64,000 bases of DNA from Camelus dromedarius. Taxonomy: Eukaryota. Position 1 is the stretch's first letter. The number at the start of each line of letters is the position of its first letter. This document shows, in pieces, positions 49,640 through 63,610 of this stretch. A model generated the notes under the pieces. It worked only from the letters and a program-made list of their open reading frames with translations, was not told where the DNA came from and did not search any database. Made by a program: the position numbers and the translations under genes. Where the stretch lies: assembly GCF_036321535.1 (NCBI RefSeq), contig NC_087437.1, positions 10,604,001 through 10,668,000 on the forward strand. Direction: 5' to 3'.

Positions 49640-49770
49640 TATCATAGGAACATTTGGAGCCTAACAGAACCAGATCCACACGTGGTCTCCAGTATGTTAA
49701 CTATACGAACCTAGCAGCACAGTTTAGCTTTTAGACTTCAGCTTATCCACATGTTAAATGGAGGTTAATG
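49640..49770 (+). mobile_element. MIR fragment
   Basis: ttggagcctaacagaacc...gacttcagcttatccacatgttaaatggagg. Confidence 0.6.
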
Positions 49771-50344
49771 GTTGGAAATTCACCCTATTATCCTAGTATT
49801 TAAAGATTTGGAATGTTTTCCTTTTTTTTTTGTCTTTTTCTCTAAATATTTCAATACATCCAATTATTCCCAATAATTAAAAAGAAATTAAAACAGGCAT
49901 AAAATTGATCATGTTGACTTCTTTGATTATTTTAAGTCAAGTTGAAATTAAATAATTTTAGGAAGCACAATTACTGTATTTTTATAATTTATTTGAAAGA
50001 TACATGGTGCTAACATAATACAAATACACCTGTTTCCAAGGTAATGTTGAAGAAGAGCATGGGAAGACTGAAGGTCCTCAAATCAGGTAAATAATCAGGG
50101 ACAGGCAGACGAAAAACAAGTTTGTGTCAAAAGCAAAGATAATGTGACTCTAGCACAGAGCATTTTTGCAGTAAATACTTTCAGAATATTTAATACTTTG
50201 ATAAGTGTTTTATAATCAAAACTGAAATATAGGACATAATTATAAAGTTAAATTTAACAAAACCAACCCCACTGTATCATCTTTCTTCCCCCATTAAATA
50301 GAAGAAAGTATTTAAATCGGGGGCTCTGTGTGTCTTTTTCATTT

Positions 50345-51740
50345 TTTATTTAATGTTTTAGTTTTTAATTTTTAAATAATTTCAGGTATTTAAAAAGTTA
50401 CAAAAATAGTACAAAGTTTCCCCACAAAGAATTTCTATATGCCCTTCACTCAGCTTCCTCAAACGCTAACATCTTATATAAGAACAGTACAAGTATCAAA
50501 GCCAGGAAAAAATTAATACTAGTATTATTCTGTTACCTAACCCATAGACCTTTACTCACATTTTGTTCATTGTCCTACTAATGTACTTCTGGTCTGGGGT
50601 CCAGTCCAGGATCCCCCACTGCATTGAGCTGTCAACTCTCCTTAGCTTCCTTTAATCCAGTATGGTTCCTCTGTTCATCTTTCATAATTTTGACGCTTTT
50701 GAAAAATGCTGGTCAGTAAATTCATACCATGGCTCTCAATTTGGGTTTTTCTGATTTTCTTCTATGATCAAAATTAAATTCAAGTTACGCCTTTTGGGCA
50801 AGAATACCGCAAAGGTGGCAAAGCATCCCTCTCGGTACATCCTATCAGGGAGCACATGACATCTGTATGTTTCATTGCCAGTATGTCTACGTTGCTCACT
50901 TGGTTACGGAGATGTCCACTTTCTCCACGGTAAAATTATTGTTTCCCTTTGTAATTAGAGTTTTGTGGTGAGATGCTTGGTGACTGGGTAAATACTGTGT
51001 TTTTACTCATACTGTATCTTCCACTAGCTGGTGATTCTTATCTGAAACACTTACTATTCTACTGTTTCTCAGTGGTGATTTCCTGTTTCTATCATTCCTT
51101 CTACATGTGTAATTGGAGTTCTGTGGCAAGGAAGAGCTTTCTTTTCTCCCCTGTATATTTACTCGCTTATATCTGGATATTTTTATTCTGTGGATTATAA
51201 GTCATTATTATCATTGCCCAAATTGTTCCTAGTTTGGCCACTGAGAGCTCATTAAAGTTGACTCCTCTGTTCTTTGACATACTTCCATCATTTTTTGAAC
51301 ATTTCCTTAACTTTCTGGCCCACAAGTTCTTCCTGGCTCATTCCATACCTCCCCTGCCCCAGCCGTGATGTCAGCCGTTTCCCCAAGAAGCCCTGGTTTC
51401 CTTTGATCGGTGTTTTAGTACTTAGTAACCAAGACCTGTGCACCTAGGTGTACTCACTCGCGCCTGATATCATTGCTTCTAGGCCTTTTCATGAACAGAG
51501 CTAGGAAATATATACACATACATACACTCTTTTATTTCTGTTTCGAGGTCTAATCTAATACCATTTGCTTCTCCGGTTTCAGTCCAACATAACAAGGTCT
51601 ATCATAGCTTCTCCCCGACAAGTAAGGAATTATTTGGAGCTCCTTTCTCTGACATAAACAACTTGATTCTCAATATCTGTATATCTATTTGCTCAAGCTT
51701 AGGTACACTTTAAGTAGCTCAGAATTGCTAACCCACACTT
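50345..51740 (-). mobile_element. Ancient L1MC4/5-like 3'UTR
   Basis: aaaaagttacaaaaatagtacaaag, ccagtccaggatcccccactgcatt, cagccgtttccccaagaagccctggtttccttt and gctcagaattgctaaccca. Confidence 0.88.
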
Positions 51741-51863
51741 CAGATTTTGCTGAATTTTAAATGAGCCTAGTTAGACTGGCACATTTTGATTTTAAAATGC
51801 ACAAATGACATGCCTACATACATATTCAACTAGTGGATGTGTACCAAAACATTACTCCCAGTC

Positions 51864-53765
51864 TTTTTTTTCTTCCAGTTTTGTTGAGATATAAATGACA
51901 TTGAGGTTTCTGTAAGTTTAAGGTTGAATTACATGCATCGTGAAATGATTATCACAATAATTTTAGTGAACATCTATCATCTCATGTAGATCCTGAACAA
52001 AAGAAATTTAAAAACCAGTTTTTTTCCTTTGTGGTGAGAACTCTTAGGATTTACTCTCAGCAGCTTTCATACTTAACATATAGCAGTGTTAATTATATTT
52101 CTCATTTTGCACATTACATCCCTCCCACATCTGGTAACCACAGATCTGATTTCTTTTTCTTTGATTTTGTTAGTTTGTTTTTGAAGTATAATTGACCTAG
52201 AATGCTATGTTACTTCCTGGCACACAACATAATGATGCAATACTTCTACAGATTTCATAATGATCGCCATAGTAAGTCTAGTTACAATATGTCACCATTC
52301 AAAGATATTACATAGTTATTGACTATATTCCCCACACTGTACTTTTCATACCTGTGACTCATTTATTTTGCAGCTGGAAGTTTGCACCTCTTAATTTTCC
52401 TCACTTATATCTCTCCTCTACCACCACAGCCCCCTCTGGCAGCCACCTGTTTGTTTTCTGTACCTGTGACTCTGTTTCTTTTTCTGTTTTGGGGTGTGTG
52501 TGTGTTTTGGATTCCACATAAGTAAAAGCATACAGTATTTGTCTTTTCTCTATCTGACTTATTTCACTTAGCATAACACCCTCTATGTCCATCCACGTTG
52601 TTGTAAATAGCAAGATTTCATTCTTTTTTGTGGCCGAGAAATGTTCCATTGTACATATAAGCCATATTTTCTTTATTTATTTATCTGTTGATTGACACTT
52701 AGGCTTCTTCCATATCTTGGCTATTGTAAATATTGATGCAGTGAACATAGAGGTGCGTGTATCTTTTCAAATTAGTGTTCTTGTTTTCTTCCAATACATA
52801 CCCAAGAGTGGAACTGCTGGACCTTACGGTAGTTCTATATTTTTATTTTTTGAGGTACCTCCATATTGCTTTCCATAGTGGCTGCACTGATTTGGATTCC
52901 CAGCAACAGTGCACAAGGGTTCCCTTTTCTCCACATCCTTGCCAATGCTTGTTACTTGTTAGCGTCTTGATAATAGCCATTCTGACAGGTGTGAGGTAGT
53001 ACCTCATTGTGGTTTGGACTTGTGTTTCCCTGATGATTAGTAGTACTGAGCACCTTTTTATGTGCCTGATGGCCATCTGTATATCTTCTTAGGAAAAATG
53101 TCTGTTCAGAACGTCTGCCCATCTTTTAATCTGGTTTGCTTTTTTGGTGTTGAATTGTATGAATTCTGTGCAGTTTAACTCCTTATCAGTCATATCATTT
53201 GCAAATATATTCTCCCATTCAGTGAGTGGCCTTTTTGTTTGTTAATTATTTCCTTCATTGTGCATATTTGTTCATTTTTTGCTTTTATTTTCCTTGCCTG
53301 AGAATACATATCCAAAAAAATATTACTTAGACCAATGTCAAAAAGCATAATGCCCATGTTTTCTTCTAGAAGTTTTATGGTTTCAGATTTTATATTTAAG
53401 TCTTGAATCCATTTTGAGTTTGTTTTTGTGCATGGTGTGAGACAGTAGTCCAGTTTGAATCTTTTGCATCCAGTTTTCCCAACAGCATTTACTGAAGAGG
53501 CTGTCTTTTCCCCCATTGTATATTCTTGCCTCCTTTCTTGTAGATTAATTGCCCTGGTAACTGTGGGTTCATTTCTGTTCTGTTCCATTGATCTATCTGT
53601 CTGCCTTTGTGCCAGTGCCATACTATTTTGTTTGTGGTAGCTTTGTAGTAGAGTTTAAAATCAAGGTGCATGATACCTCCAGCTTTGTTCTTCTTTCTCA
53701 ACATTGTTTTGGCTATTCAGGGTCTTTTGTGTTTCTGTATAAGTTTTAGAATTACCTGTTCTAGA
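51864..53765 (-). mobile_element. 5'-truncated LINE-1 (about 1.9 kb; L1MA9 or laurasiatherian type), ORF2 3' part and 3'UTR
   Basis: Minus ORFs: [58 protein letters not shown]...[17 protein letters not shown] and TTWMDIEGVMLSEISQ. Multiple frameshifts. Confidence 0.96.
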
Positions 53766-56199
53766 TAACTTAGTTCTGGATAATCTGTTCTAGATAATTT
53801 AGAATTATCTGATTTGCTTTCTGTTAATGAAATGAAATATCAAATTACAACAGTGTTAAGAAATAAAATACTGAAAAGAATTCATAAACAAAATCTAGCT
53901 TTAGTGTTTTATGACAAAACTTTATTTCAAATACATGTGACTACTGCGTATGTGGGAATTTGTTGTAAAAAAATCAAACCTTCATTTCATTTAAAAAAAA
54001 TTTGCCTTTCAAGCCAATGTTTTCAATAAAGTTGTTAGCAAATCCACCTGGTTTAAATAAGAATTACTTCCTATTCATTCAAAATTAAAATGATTTGTTA
54101 AATTTATAAAATTTTTCTACTTTGCCCCCACTTAAGGCATTTAATTCAGTTACACACACACACATGCACAAAAATACTATAAACTGTGGGAGTCTTTTTC
54201 GTCTTGTGAGTTTTGGTTAATTTTATTTATAATAAGTCATGGACAAATGAACTAATGCATTTTAAATAAATGCTCTGCCATAATGTTAGGAAAGAGCTAT
54301 ATTTTCTCTTGCATTCAGGAAAGAATCAATAAGCGTTTTAAATTTTTTAAAAAATCATGACTATGTAATAAATTAAATAAATAAATAAATAAATTCTCTC
54401 TCTGCTTTCCACAAAGCATTGTATAAAATACATGTATACATACAATGTTTGCTTTGTATTTTAAACCTCATTTGTAAACTTTATATAAAACTTTTTCCTG
54501 ATGTTTAGGTACATTGTGTCAATTAGTTGACCTACAGGTTCGCATAAACTGTTTTTTAATATAGTGTTCAAATGCAAAATTTACAAATTTGAGATTTTTC
54601 TCAGTGATTTATATTTCAAGCAAATAGGGTTTCATGGCATAATTGATTTTTAAAATTGATTTAAAAGCATTTTCCTAATCTGTGAAAAGTTAATAGGTAC
54701 TCTGTAAAGAAAGGATTCCATGGTGAAATGAATTTTCAAAAAATGTTCTAATCCACATCCCTTTCAATGACCATTAGCATATCTGTCTCTAACACGGCCA
54801 GTAGTAAAGACATTTGTTTCAGTTTAACTCCCTGCATTTCAGCCTTTTGAAGATGGAACCGTATTTGTATATGACATCTGCTAACATGAAATGGTAGTGT
54901 GTATTTGTCTGCTGATCCAAGATATAGTATTATCATTTATATTACTTCAGAAATCTACCCCTACCCCCAAAGCCTAACACTTCTGTGATTTGGTCAAAAT
55001 AAATGTCTTTGTCTTTATTAAACCAATAGAAAGGGAGGGCAAAAATAGACTGTACCACTGAAAGCCAGAGTCAGTCTCCCTTCGTAATTGCTGACATAAT
55101 TCTCTCTTCCAACTCCAAGGATTCACCAAATCCTTAGGGAAGTATATTTGAGAACCACAAAAAATGACCATTGATTCAAAGCACAGCAGAGGATGAAAGA
55201 TGCCTGGATAATCCACACAACTGGAAAACCAGTTCTTTAATTTAGGAATGGTACCGATTTATGTGCATATTTGCTGTAATTTTTAAGGCCCCAAAGCCTT
55301 GTTTCTCTCAAATTTGCACACAATAGAAGTCCTAATTGTATCATAAATGTAAAGCTCTTTATAGAAAGTTCCAACAAAAAACCTGACAAATTAGCTGAAT
55401 TTTAAACAGAAGAGACAGCTAATCTCAATAGCAGGTCTCCTGGCTTAATCATACAGCTAATTGGCTCATTCCAGAGCCTGTTACTGAAAGTGCTCTCGCC
55501 CAGAAAAAGACATTAGAAGGGCTTCTCCTAGAGATTTCAAAACTATCAAATCAGCAGAAAGAAAAGTATAATATACTATTAATTCGCACAAAATTGTGCT
55601 AATATGGCTTATTGAATGCTTGTCATTAATTTCTCATTTGCATTCTTGTTTAAAGTGTATCCCTGTTCAAAATTCATTCGAGATGATCTGAAAGATACTT
55701 GAGTTATAATTTCTACATTTATATATTGTTTTGAAATTTTTGGTCGTTAAAACCAGATGAGATGAATATCCCTGTAAGTAAGTACCGCTGATACTCCAGT
55801 GTAGGTATTCACTTGCCAGTGGCTGTGCCCGCATCATTTGTGATGGAGAAAGGGGTCTTGAGGGCTCAGAATACATAATAGGATAGAGATTTCTCAAAAG
55901 CCTTTCTCATAACCTCAAAAACCAAAAACAAAATAATCACTATAAAAAGTAACTTTTACTAGAATAAAGAAGATAAAAGAACTTTTTAAACCTATTTTTA
56001 AAAGAAAAATCACATACCATTTTATTACTAAAATGGCTTGTTACTATTGATAGTGCACAGTTTAATTTAAGCCTTGGGTATGGGTAGGACCTGTTTCTTT
56101 TCCAAATAATATGAAAAATCAAGTTAATGTTGCTCTCTCTGAGTGGGCAAAATGCACCAGCAACTGGAACTTTAAATTGAACAAATGATGTCATTAATA

Positions 56200-56420
56200 G
56201 AATATGAGATTTGAAGGTATCTGATCAGAACTTGAGTCTCAGGTTCCAATATATATGTTATCATAGGCAAGTTACTTAACCTCTGAAAGCCTTGATTTAT
56301 TCATCTGTTAAACGAGGTGATGACAGATCTATCTGTATTTCTCAGAGTTATGAGTACTCAGTGACATATGTGTATGCACACACAGAGTAAACTGTAAACT
56401 CTCTACTTACCAGATGCTAC
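56200..56420 (+). mobile_element. MIR
   Basis: aggcaagttacttaacctctgaaagccttgatttattcatctgttaaacgagg. Confidence 0.85.
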
Positions 56421-56999
56421 TGCTCCCACCGTTACTTAACTACTGTTGCTGACAACAGTAATACACAGGGTTATGAATACTTTTAGGTAATTTTAATACT
56501 GCCCTTCACCACTGACTGCTCTCATCAGAAGAAATGAATGCTAGGGGACCTTTATAGAAGGTCTTCTTAATTTTGTCTCTCACAAGTGAAAAAACAGTCA
56601 GGTCGGCAGGTGCTGTGATTTTGTGCCAGGCAACCTATCCTTAGGTTCTTCCTCCCCAGCGCAGATCTGGAACATCAAAATCTCTTTTTAGCCCTAATAG
56701 CTCTCACAGTTCTCCAAGGAAAGAACGTATGCACGACTGGTCACTCACATGTCAAGAACTTATTCCCTCTGGACTTTAGCCTTCCAGAGGGGCAGAGATA
56801 AGTACCATATTTGATGAGCATTGTTAACTAAGAGAGGATTTAGGTGTGGGCGTTTAAAAGTATTCAAACTGAAAAAGAACTTTTTCTTCAAAGCTCTGGA
56901 AGCTCAGGACCCTCTGCACTTGGTATCCCTCCAAGAGCCCCTGGACCAGTGTGAAAACCACTAATCTCAGAGAGCCTTCCAGGGCTGTTACTACTTCAG

Positions 57000-57053
57000 A
57001 TTAAGGCTGAAACTGTGATGCGTTCAGTATTCCAGAACAGCACCGACAAGGAG
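57000..57053 (+). other. Exon-like 54-nt segment (IKAETVMRSVFQNSTDKE) next to a GC box
   Basis: Acceptor ttactacttcag, strong donor GAG|GTAAGG, length divisible by 3 and an open frame. GGGGCGGGG at 57075-57083. Confidence 0.2.
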
Positions 57054-59639
57054 GTAAGGGTGGGGCTGCAGACGGGGGCGGGGAAGAGCAGGATTCAGTC
57101 ACCAGCATCGCACTTTTCCTGGTTTTTTCCACGAATCTCTGCCTCAGTAAATGCTTTTGTCAGCAAACGCCTCAGTATAAGGAAGCGCAGAGCTGTATTT
57201 TCCGAAGCTAACAGCACACACACCTGTCATCACTATTTAAACGTGCCAAAGGAGTCTTTTATAACGTGTTGGTTTTCTCTAAAATTATCAGAGTGATTTC
57301 AAGCTTTAGAGAAAAACATTTGGTTGGCACCTAGAAATGATTTATTGGGTACGTAAATGCTACCCCTTTCTGCAGTTGAAAACATCACCTGATAAAATTC
57401 CTAGACAGAAACTCCCGTATCTGCAGACAGCACTGGCTGCCGGGAAGCTCAAAGCTAAGTTCTGTGTCCAAGTGTGACTGTTTTCTAACTGAGCCCAGTT
57501 TTCTGTCACTGTTGTTCCTCCTTTTGTGACAAAGGTTCTGTTCACTTGTAATCCTCTACATGCTCTTGTTACATGCAGTTTTTAGATTGTAATGGCCATG
57601 TGATTTTTAATGCGTTTTCCAATGGTTTATCTTTATTGTAATGATAGTGGTGTATGCATTTCCTTTTCAGAAGTTAACAAGATATAAATAATAAATAACA
57701 CAAAACAGACATTTGGACAAAAACTCGCATATATTTCCTTTACAATGATTGCTACTGGGAAGAATAGTTAATAAAGAGGACAAAGAATAATTTCCTGAAA
57801 AACTGAAACTGAGCTTCAGATGAATTGGATGTGACCTTTTACATGCTTATTCCAAACCACCTGGTAATCTCCAGCTACCTAAGGAAAGTTACCAGACATT
57901 TTCAAAGAAATTAAGGCCGTACAAGCCTGCTCTTCACTGCCACTCTTTGCAGTCTTGATTCCCAGTCGTTTGTGGAGTAAATACTGTAAGACTATGAGTA
58001 AATAAGGACTGCTTACACCGTTCAGACAGTATTTCTCAATATTTGCCTGCTTCTGTAATTACATGGTAATAATTTTTTATTGTTGACAGTAAACTATGTA
58101 GCATATTCCACAGGTGGAATTCTCACTGCTGGCCTGTTTTAACATGTTGTTTTGGGGGGGATATTCTATATGCTAATTAACACTATTCTTGTACATCTCT
58201 GGTCGTATTCAGAGAGTCCTGTTCATTATAGGACATTAAAGGAGAAAAGAGATCTCACTAGAAAACCTTATGGCAATATGATGGTGTCTATTTACAAATG
58301 TACTTTTACTGAAATGTAAGCTACTGTTAAAATGAATGAGGAATTTTAAAGCTCTTAATAATACCTTTAAATACATGTACTATTTCTTCATTTATTGAAA
58401 AGCAACATGTTAATACTCTGACATTAATAAAATATTTCATATTATTTTATAAATTAGAAAATGTAATTCTTTGACATGATCCGCTCCTGTTCATTTATTT
58501 AAATACCAAGCTAGTATTTTGGAAAGAAAGTGAAAACACACTAGAAGGCAAAAGATCAGAAGTGGTAAATTATTTTCATAGTTGGTTTTGGTGTCTGTAT
58601 GTATTGTTTTATTGCCCCATATTAAACTGACCCATTATGAAACTTAGACAGTGTTTTATAGAATGTGTCACATTCCCTTGTGTAGGCGTTGTATTAGTTT
58701 CTTTATTCCATTTAGTGACACTCAACAAAGCTATCTTTATAAAGTCTCAAAATAAATCCCTTCTTTCAGGGAAGTTATTCAGGAGATACCTGTTGAATGG
58801 ATCTCAGCCGTCTGTTTATGCAGGTGTTCTTTGAAAGCTCTTTGTGTTTTAAACTGTACTCCAGGGTAAACAAAAGCAAATTTTGCTCCTTTGGGAAACC
58901 TAAGTAGTTCTTATCTTAAACAAACAAGCAAATTTTTTTTAACTTTCTTAAAACAATTGAAAACAATACACAAATTTACATAAGTGAAATTTTGGTATAA
59001 AAATAACTGAAGTACTGCTTATAATTGATTTAGATGGCTAATTCACGCTTTTCAGTTTCAAGTCTTCTCAAAATGTTGAGTTTTTTTTTTTTTCCTTTTG
59101 CAATTTTAGACCAAAACTCAAAGTTTATAGGCATATTCCTTTGCCAGAGAATGAACTGGAAAGTGATTGAATGAACAACTGAAAGAAAGAAAAGAAACCC
59201 TTAGAGGCCTTTCTATCCAAAAGTATGTCGACTGTTCTCCACGTTCGGTTAGTTCGAGATTCATTTGACTTATCACATATCTATTAAATTCAGCTTTTCC
59301 TAGACAGACAGAAGAATGGATCAGAATAAAACAATATAAAAATCTTAGAATACACCACAAACATACGGAAATTTGGTATATGAAACAGGTGGGAAATCCT
59401 TAGTTATATTTTAAGGACATAAACCTACACAGAAGTCTTGAACTTTCTTCGGTAGTTTCATTGTTACTGATAATATTAGTATTGTGACTTTAAAATTTTA
59501 GATGTTTATGTATAAAACATAATCATGTGATTAGAACCCAAGATTTTGAGTGTAACAGAAAATTACAAATATAAAATGAAATTAAGGAAAAAACCTTGTA
59601 ATGTCAAATCTGAATCAGTACTATCAGTAAGAACTCATG

Positions 59640-60240
59640 ATATTTCAGAAATGTATTTCCTTTCTGTCTGCCGTACGTGGCCAGAAGCAATGGCACCCCA
59701 GGAGCAGTAGGTATACGTAGTGCCCAGATCTTGCTAGTTACCATTCCCCGCTAAAAGAAACCAAAATTCCTTGGAGAAACAGATTATTCCAGACATGGCG
59801 GTGGGGAGGGGGTTGGGGATTGGGAATGAGCGTGGGATAATCTTGTGCCAAAAAGCAACGAAGCCCTCAGAGACCTATGTGATAGTATGCTGAGCAGGCA
59901 CAGGAGTCCCACTGTCGAAATGTGGACTACTTTGCAATTACAAGGAACAGTGACAACAGGATTAAAAGAGACAGTTCAGTGTAATTTGCTGTAACATTTG
60001 GGAAACAAACAAGCAAAAGAATCCGTGAGTCCCTTGTAATACTGAGACAGAGCTGACCAAAATTTATTTTCCAACTTTGGAGATTACTGTTTACCAATTC
60101 CTTATTTTGAAAATTGGCATAAAAAGGGAAAACTTTAAGTTTTCACTCTGCTTTTTTCAGATTGATGAGGGAAGTCTGAAGAATATCAGCCAATAAATGT
60201 GGATAGCATTATAGAGAAGAAAAATCACTTTTTCAAGTTC
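59640..60240 (+). mobile_element. Ancient L1MC-type 3'UTR fragments
   Basis: ggccagaagcaatggcacccca...cccagatcttg...aaaagaaaccaaaattccttggagaaac is the reverse-complement counterpart of 51370-51485. Also ttgatgagggaag...agaatatcagccaataaatgt. Confidence 0.75.
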
Positions 60241-60476
60241 CATACCTGTGTATGTGTATGGATCCAGTGATTTCATGTCTCAAAAGTGATCCCTTTTCTT
60301 TAGATCCCGTGCTAGTGGGTGAAGTCTTTGGTGTTCTCTTAAGAGCAGTTCTTGGAGGTTCTCAGCTTTTAAGGATAAGTCTCCGGTTCCGCCTCTCCAC
60401 CCTCTGCAGTCTGGAGGTGCATCAACACCTTTGCAAGTCTCTGTCTGATACCAGCAGCCCCATGGGTCTACCATAC

Positions 60477-60562
60477 CTGGGGATTTTCTCTTCAGATCCT
60501 TTTGTGTCTTTTACTAAGCATTTCTGTTCTTCAGTTGATTCTGTTAACATTGACACAAGTCT
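60477..60562 (-). CDS. Candidate 86-nt coding exon (RLVSMLTESTEEQKCLVKDTKGSEEKIP)
   Basis: Acceptor tactgtcttgccag at 60563/60562 and donor CAG|GTATGG at 60477/60476. Only one frame is open, and the sequence is purine/GAA-rich. Confidence 0.4.
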
Positions 60563-62156
60563 CTGGCAAGACAGTACTTAGTTATATTTTACGGGATAAT
60601 TCCTGAGGGATCAGTTCCTTAGTGAAGGCAAGCAGGTAGTGTGATCGTAGGATCGTGGTAGATAGAGCCACTCTTTAACTCAACCTGTTGTTGCTAAGTA
60701 GGAACCTGGGTATAGTTTTTCCAGTTAGTTGTTTTTTTTTTTTTAAGAGAAGTTAGATATGTACATCTTTGTAAAAAAAAAAAAAAGTCTTCTGGTTTTT
60801 AACTTTTGGCAAATCATGCAATTAAAAAAAAAAACAAAAACAACTCCCACTGATTAGACAGTAAGCCAGTCTGTGAGCCGCATCTGCCAGATTTTTACAG
60901 TTCTTATAAACCATGTTCCAGGCACAGGATCTGACATACAGTAAGTTAAGACCTTGATAAACACTGAAAGAATTCGTTATGTTTTATTGTATTTTTCACT
61001 TCTTTACAAATTTTTTAAAAAGATGCATTCTGATATTAGCTGCCCTTTCTAGCTTTGTAACATGTGTAAACGTATCATTTTTGTTCTTTCATGAAAATTA
61101 CCTGATAAATGTTAAAGGTTTCTGGATAAGATTTAAGGCATGCCGTGTCTTACAAGTTGCAAGTTGATCTCAAACCATTGATTAGTACTGTTTGGGTTTC
61201 AGTTAACTAGGAATCCACATATTTCTCTATCTTGTATGTCATGTGACAGCTTAGCAAATGTCTTGCAAATCTTGGTATACCACATTCTTAGAATTCCTTC
61301 AGCCCGGTAACCCTATTAAGAAAAGAAAAGTGGGATCTTTTAGTGTGACTTTAAAAGTATATCTGAATTCTAGTAATCATTGCTCCTTTTTCAAAAGGAT
61401 AGGCAAAACCCATTCTTTTGAAAACTGAAGCATTTTGTTTTATTTGCTATCTGTTGGCACCCTGATTTTCTCTACAGTTCTTTAAATAATACACTAGTTC
61501 TCAATTTTTCAGTCTTATGGGAATCATTTTAATTAGAATGCTAGTTTCAATTGCCATGCCAGAGTCAGCTAGCTAGAATTAAAAGTCTGTTAGCATAAAG
61601 AAGTAGTTCTGAAGCCAGAGGTCATTGAATGGGGGTGACTTGCTTAGGCACTGAATGCTTTTGAGGACTCAGTGAGCTAGGTATCTTGGGATCACCTTGA
61701 GATGAGAGAAAGTTGCATAACGGGACAGAAAGTACAAAGTTCACCTATTTCCAATTGTGATCGGATGGCACTGGGTATGTGGAAGTGTTTCACTACTTCA
61801 GATGTTAGGCATCTGGGCGTCCTGCATGCTGCTTTACGTGGAGTTGCACTGGGCTGGACAGAGCCGTAGGAAGGCACGGGCAGGCGAAGTGGAGAAGTTT
61901 ATCAGCACCATCATGGAGGGTGTGTCATGCATCAGAAGTGATCCTGTCTTAAATCATACCAAATACTGTATCTGGCATAACTGTTTATTGAAGACTGCTA
62001 GGCTTTTGGCTGTGGGTGAATAGGTGTTATGGCTGGAGTAATTAATAATCTAGTCATACGTGTTTTGTATCAGATGATAAAATCAGGTAAAATCAGTATG
62101 AGTTGTCAGTGCTCACTTAGGAGTAAGTAGAACTGTAAACAGTCTGAGGAGTAAAT

Positions 62157-62428
62157 AAAAGGACAGCTATTGTATGATTCCACTTATATGAGGTACCTAG
62201 AATAGACAAATTCATAGAGACAGTCTAATAGAGGTTACTAGGGACAGGGAGAGGAGCAGATGCAGGGTTACTGTTTAATGGGTACAAATTTTCTGTTTGG
62301 GATGATTAAAAAGGTTTGGAAATGGATGGTTGATGGTTGTACAATGTTGTGAATATGCTTAATGAATTGTACACTTAAAATGGTTAAAGTGGTAAATTTT
62401 TGTTACATATATTTTACCGCAATAAAAA
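62157..62428 (+). mobile_element. L1MB-type 3' end
   Basis: tattgtatgattccacttatatgaggtacctagaatagacaaattcatagagacag...tgtacacttaaaatggttaaagtggtaaatttt...accgcaataaaaa. Confidence 0.92.
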
Positions 62429-63409
62429 TGTAATCACTCTCAACGCAAAAACCAAGGCTGGGAGGAAGGAAGGTAAAATAGAGTGCTAAGAATACCATTG
62501 GTAAGATGCCAAACCTAGTCCACCAGAAGAAAGCAGTCACATGGCTGGGCTGTGCAGACTGATAGCACTGAAGACCCTCTCTGTGCGGGCTGAGCGCTGA
62601 GCCAGCAGGAGCTGCCCCATCACAGAACATAAGCCTCGGCGCACCTGGGCCGGCAGGCTGGAGTCTCCACACTCCGTGTCCAGGGTGCCAGCTTAGTGAT
62701 GCTGGGTCACGGGGCTCTGAATTCCCCAGTTAGCGAAGTGTTTGCACCATTACATTTGCGTTTTTCAGTTGACCCATTGAACTCTTTTTCTAAAACAAAC
62801 TTATTTCATAACAATTCTAAGCATAGAAATTTCCTTCTGTGCAACTTGCAAAACCATCTAAGTTACTTTTCTCTAACTTCTCAGTTTTTGTTTTGGTATT
62901 ACCCACTGTCGTCAGTTCCTGATACTCTGGAGGGTTCCGTAAAATAGTTCTTTTGGGAATAGTCTCTAGGTGCTCTTTGTATTCACTTTTGGAGAAATTG
63001 TTCTTATGAAAATGATGCACTGTTACTTATTTTGTACAGGATAATATTTCCTAAGAATATGGAGATTGTATTCACATGGATATATTTTTCTTTGGCTGAC
63101 ATAATAGTTTGTTGGGTTTTTTTCTTTTTTGGACTATAGGATTTAGCAGGCTCCTGACAAGATTATTTGTCTTAAAATATATCTTTTAAAAAGCACTTTC
63201 TGGTTGAGTTTTGTAGATGTTTTCTACTTTGAACCGCCTACAGATTTACTGATATTGTGGTTTTCTATTTGTTATGTATTAACAAAAACATCATTATATC
63301 TTTGCTTTTGGCATTGATATTTGTCTATATCTAAATCACAATACTCACCATCACATTTTAGTAAATTAGTAAGTAATGTAAATATACAAGTTTATATTTG
63401 TATATATAA

Positions 63410-63610
63410 CAATAGTAATATAGCAGCTAATATTTATTGGATGTTTATTTATTGTTTGTTTATTTATGAAATGCTTTATTTATTTATGGATTTGCTTTAT
63501 GTACATCGGGAGCGTTTAATCCTTACAATAACTATGTGGTAGATATATTATCCCCATTCTGCATATGAGCAGTCTAAAGTGTTAGCATGGTTGGCTGCTT
63601 ACCCACAATA
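63410..63610 (-). mobile_element. MIR
   Basis: tagcagctaatatttattg...tttaatccttacaataactatgtggtagatattattatccccattctgcatatgag. Confidence 0.85.

Noticed and set aside
54748..59360. Several minus-strand acceptor-like sites and short ORFs (near 54880, 55137, 55890, 59175, 59300)
   Set aside because: None pairs a convincing acceptor with a convincing donor and an open frame, so they cannot be told from chance.
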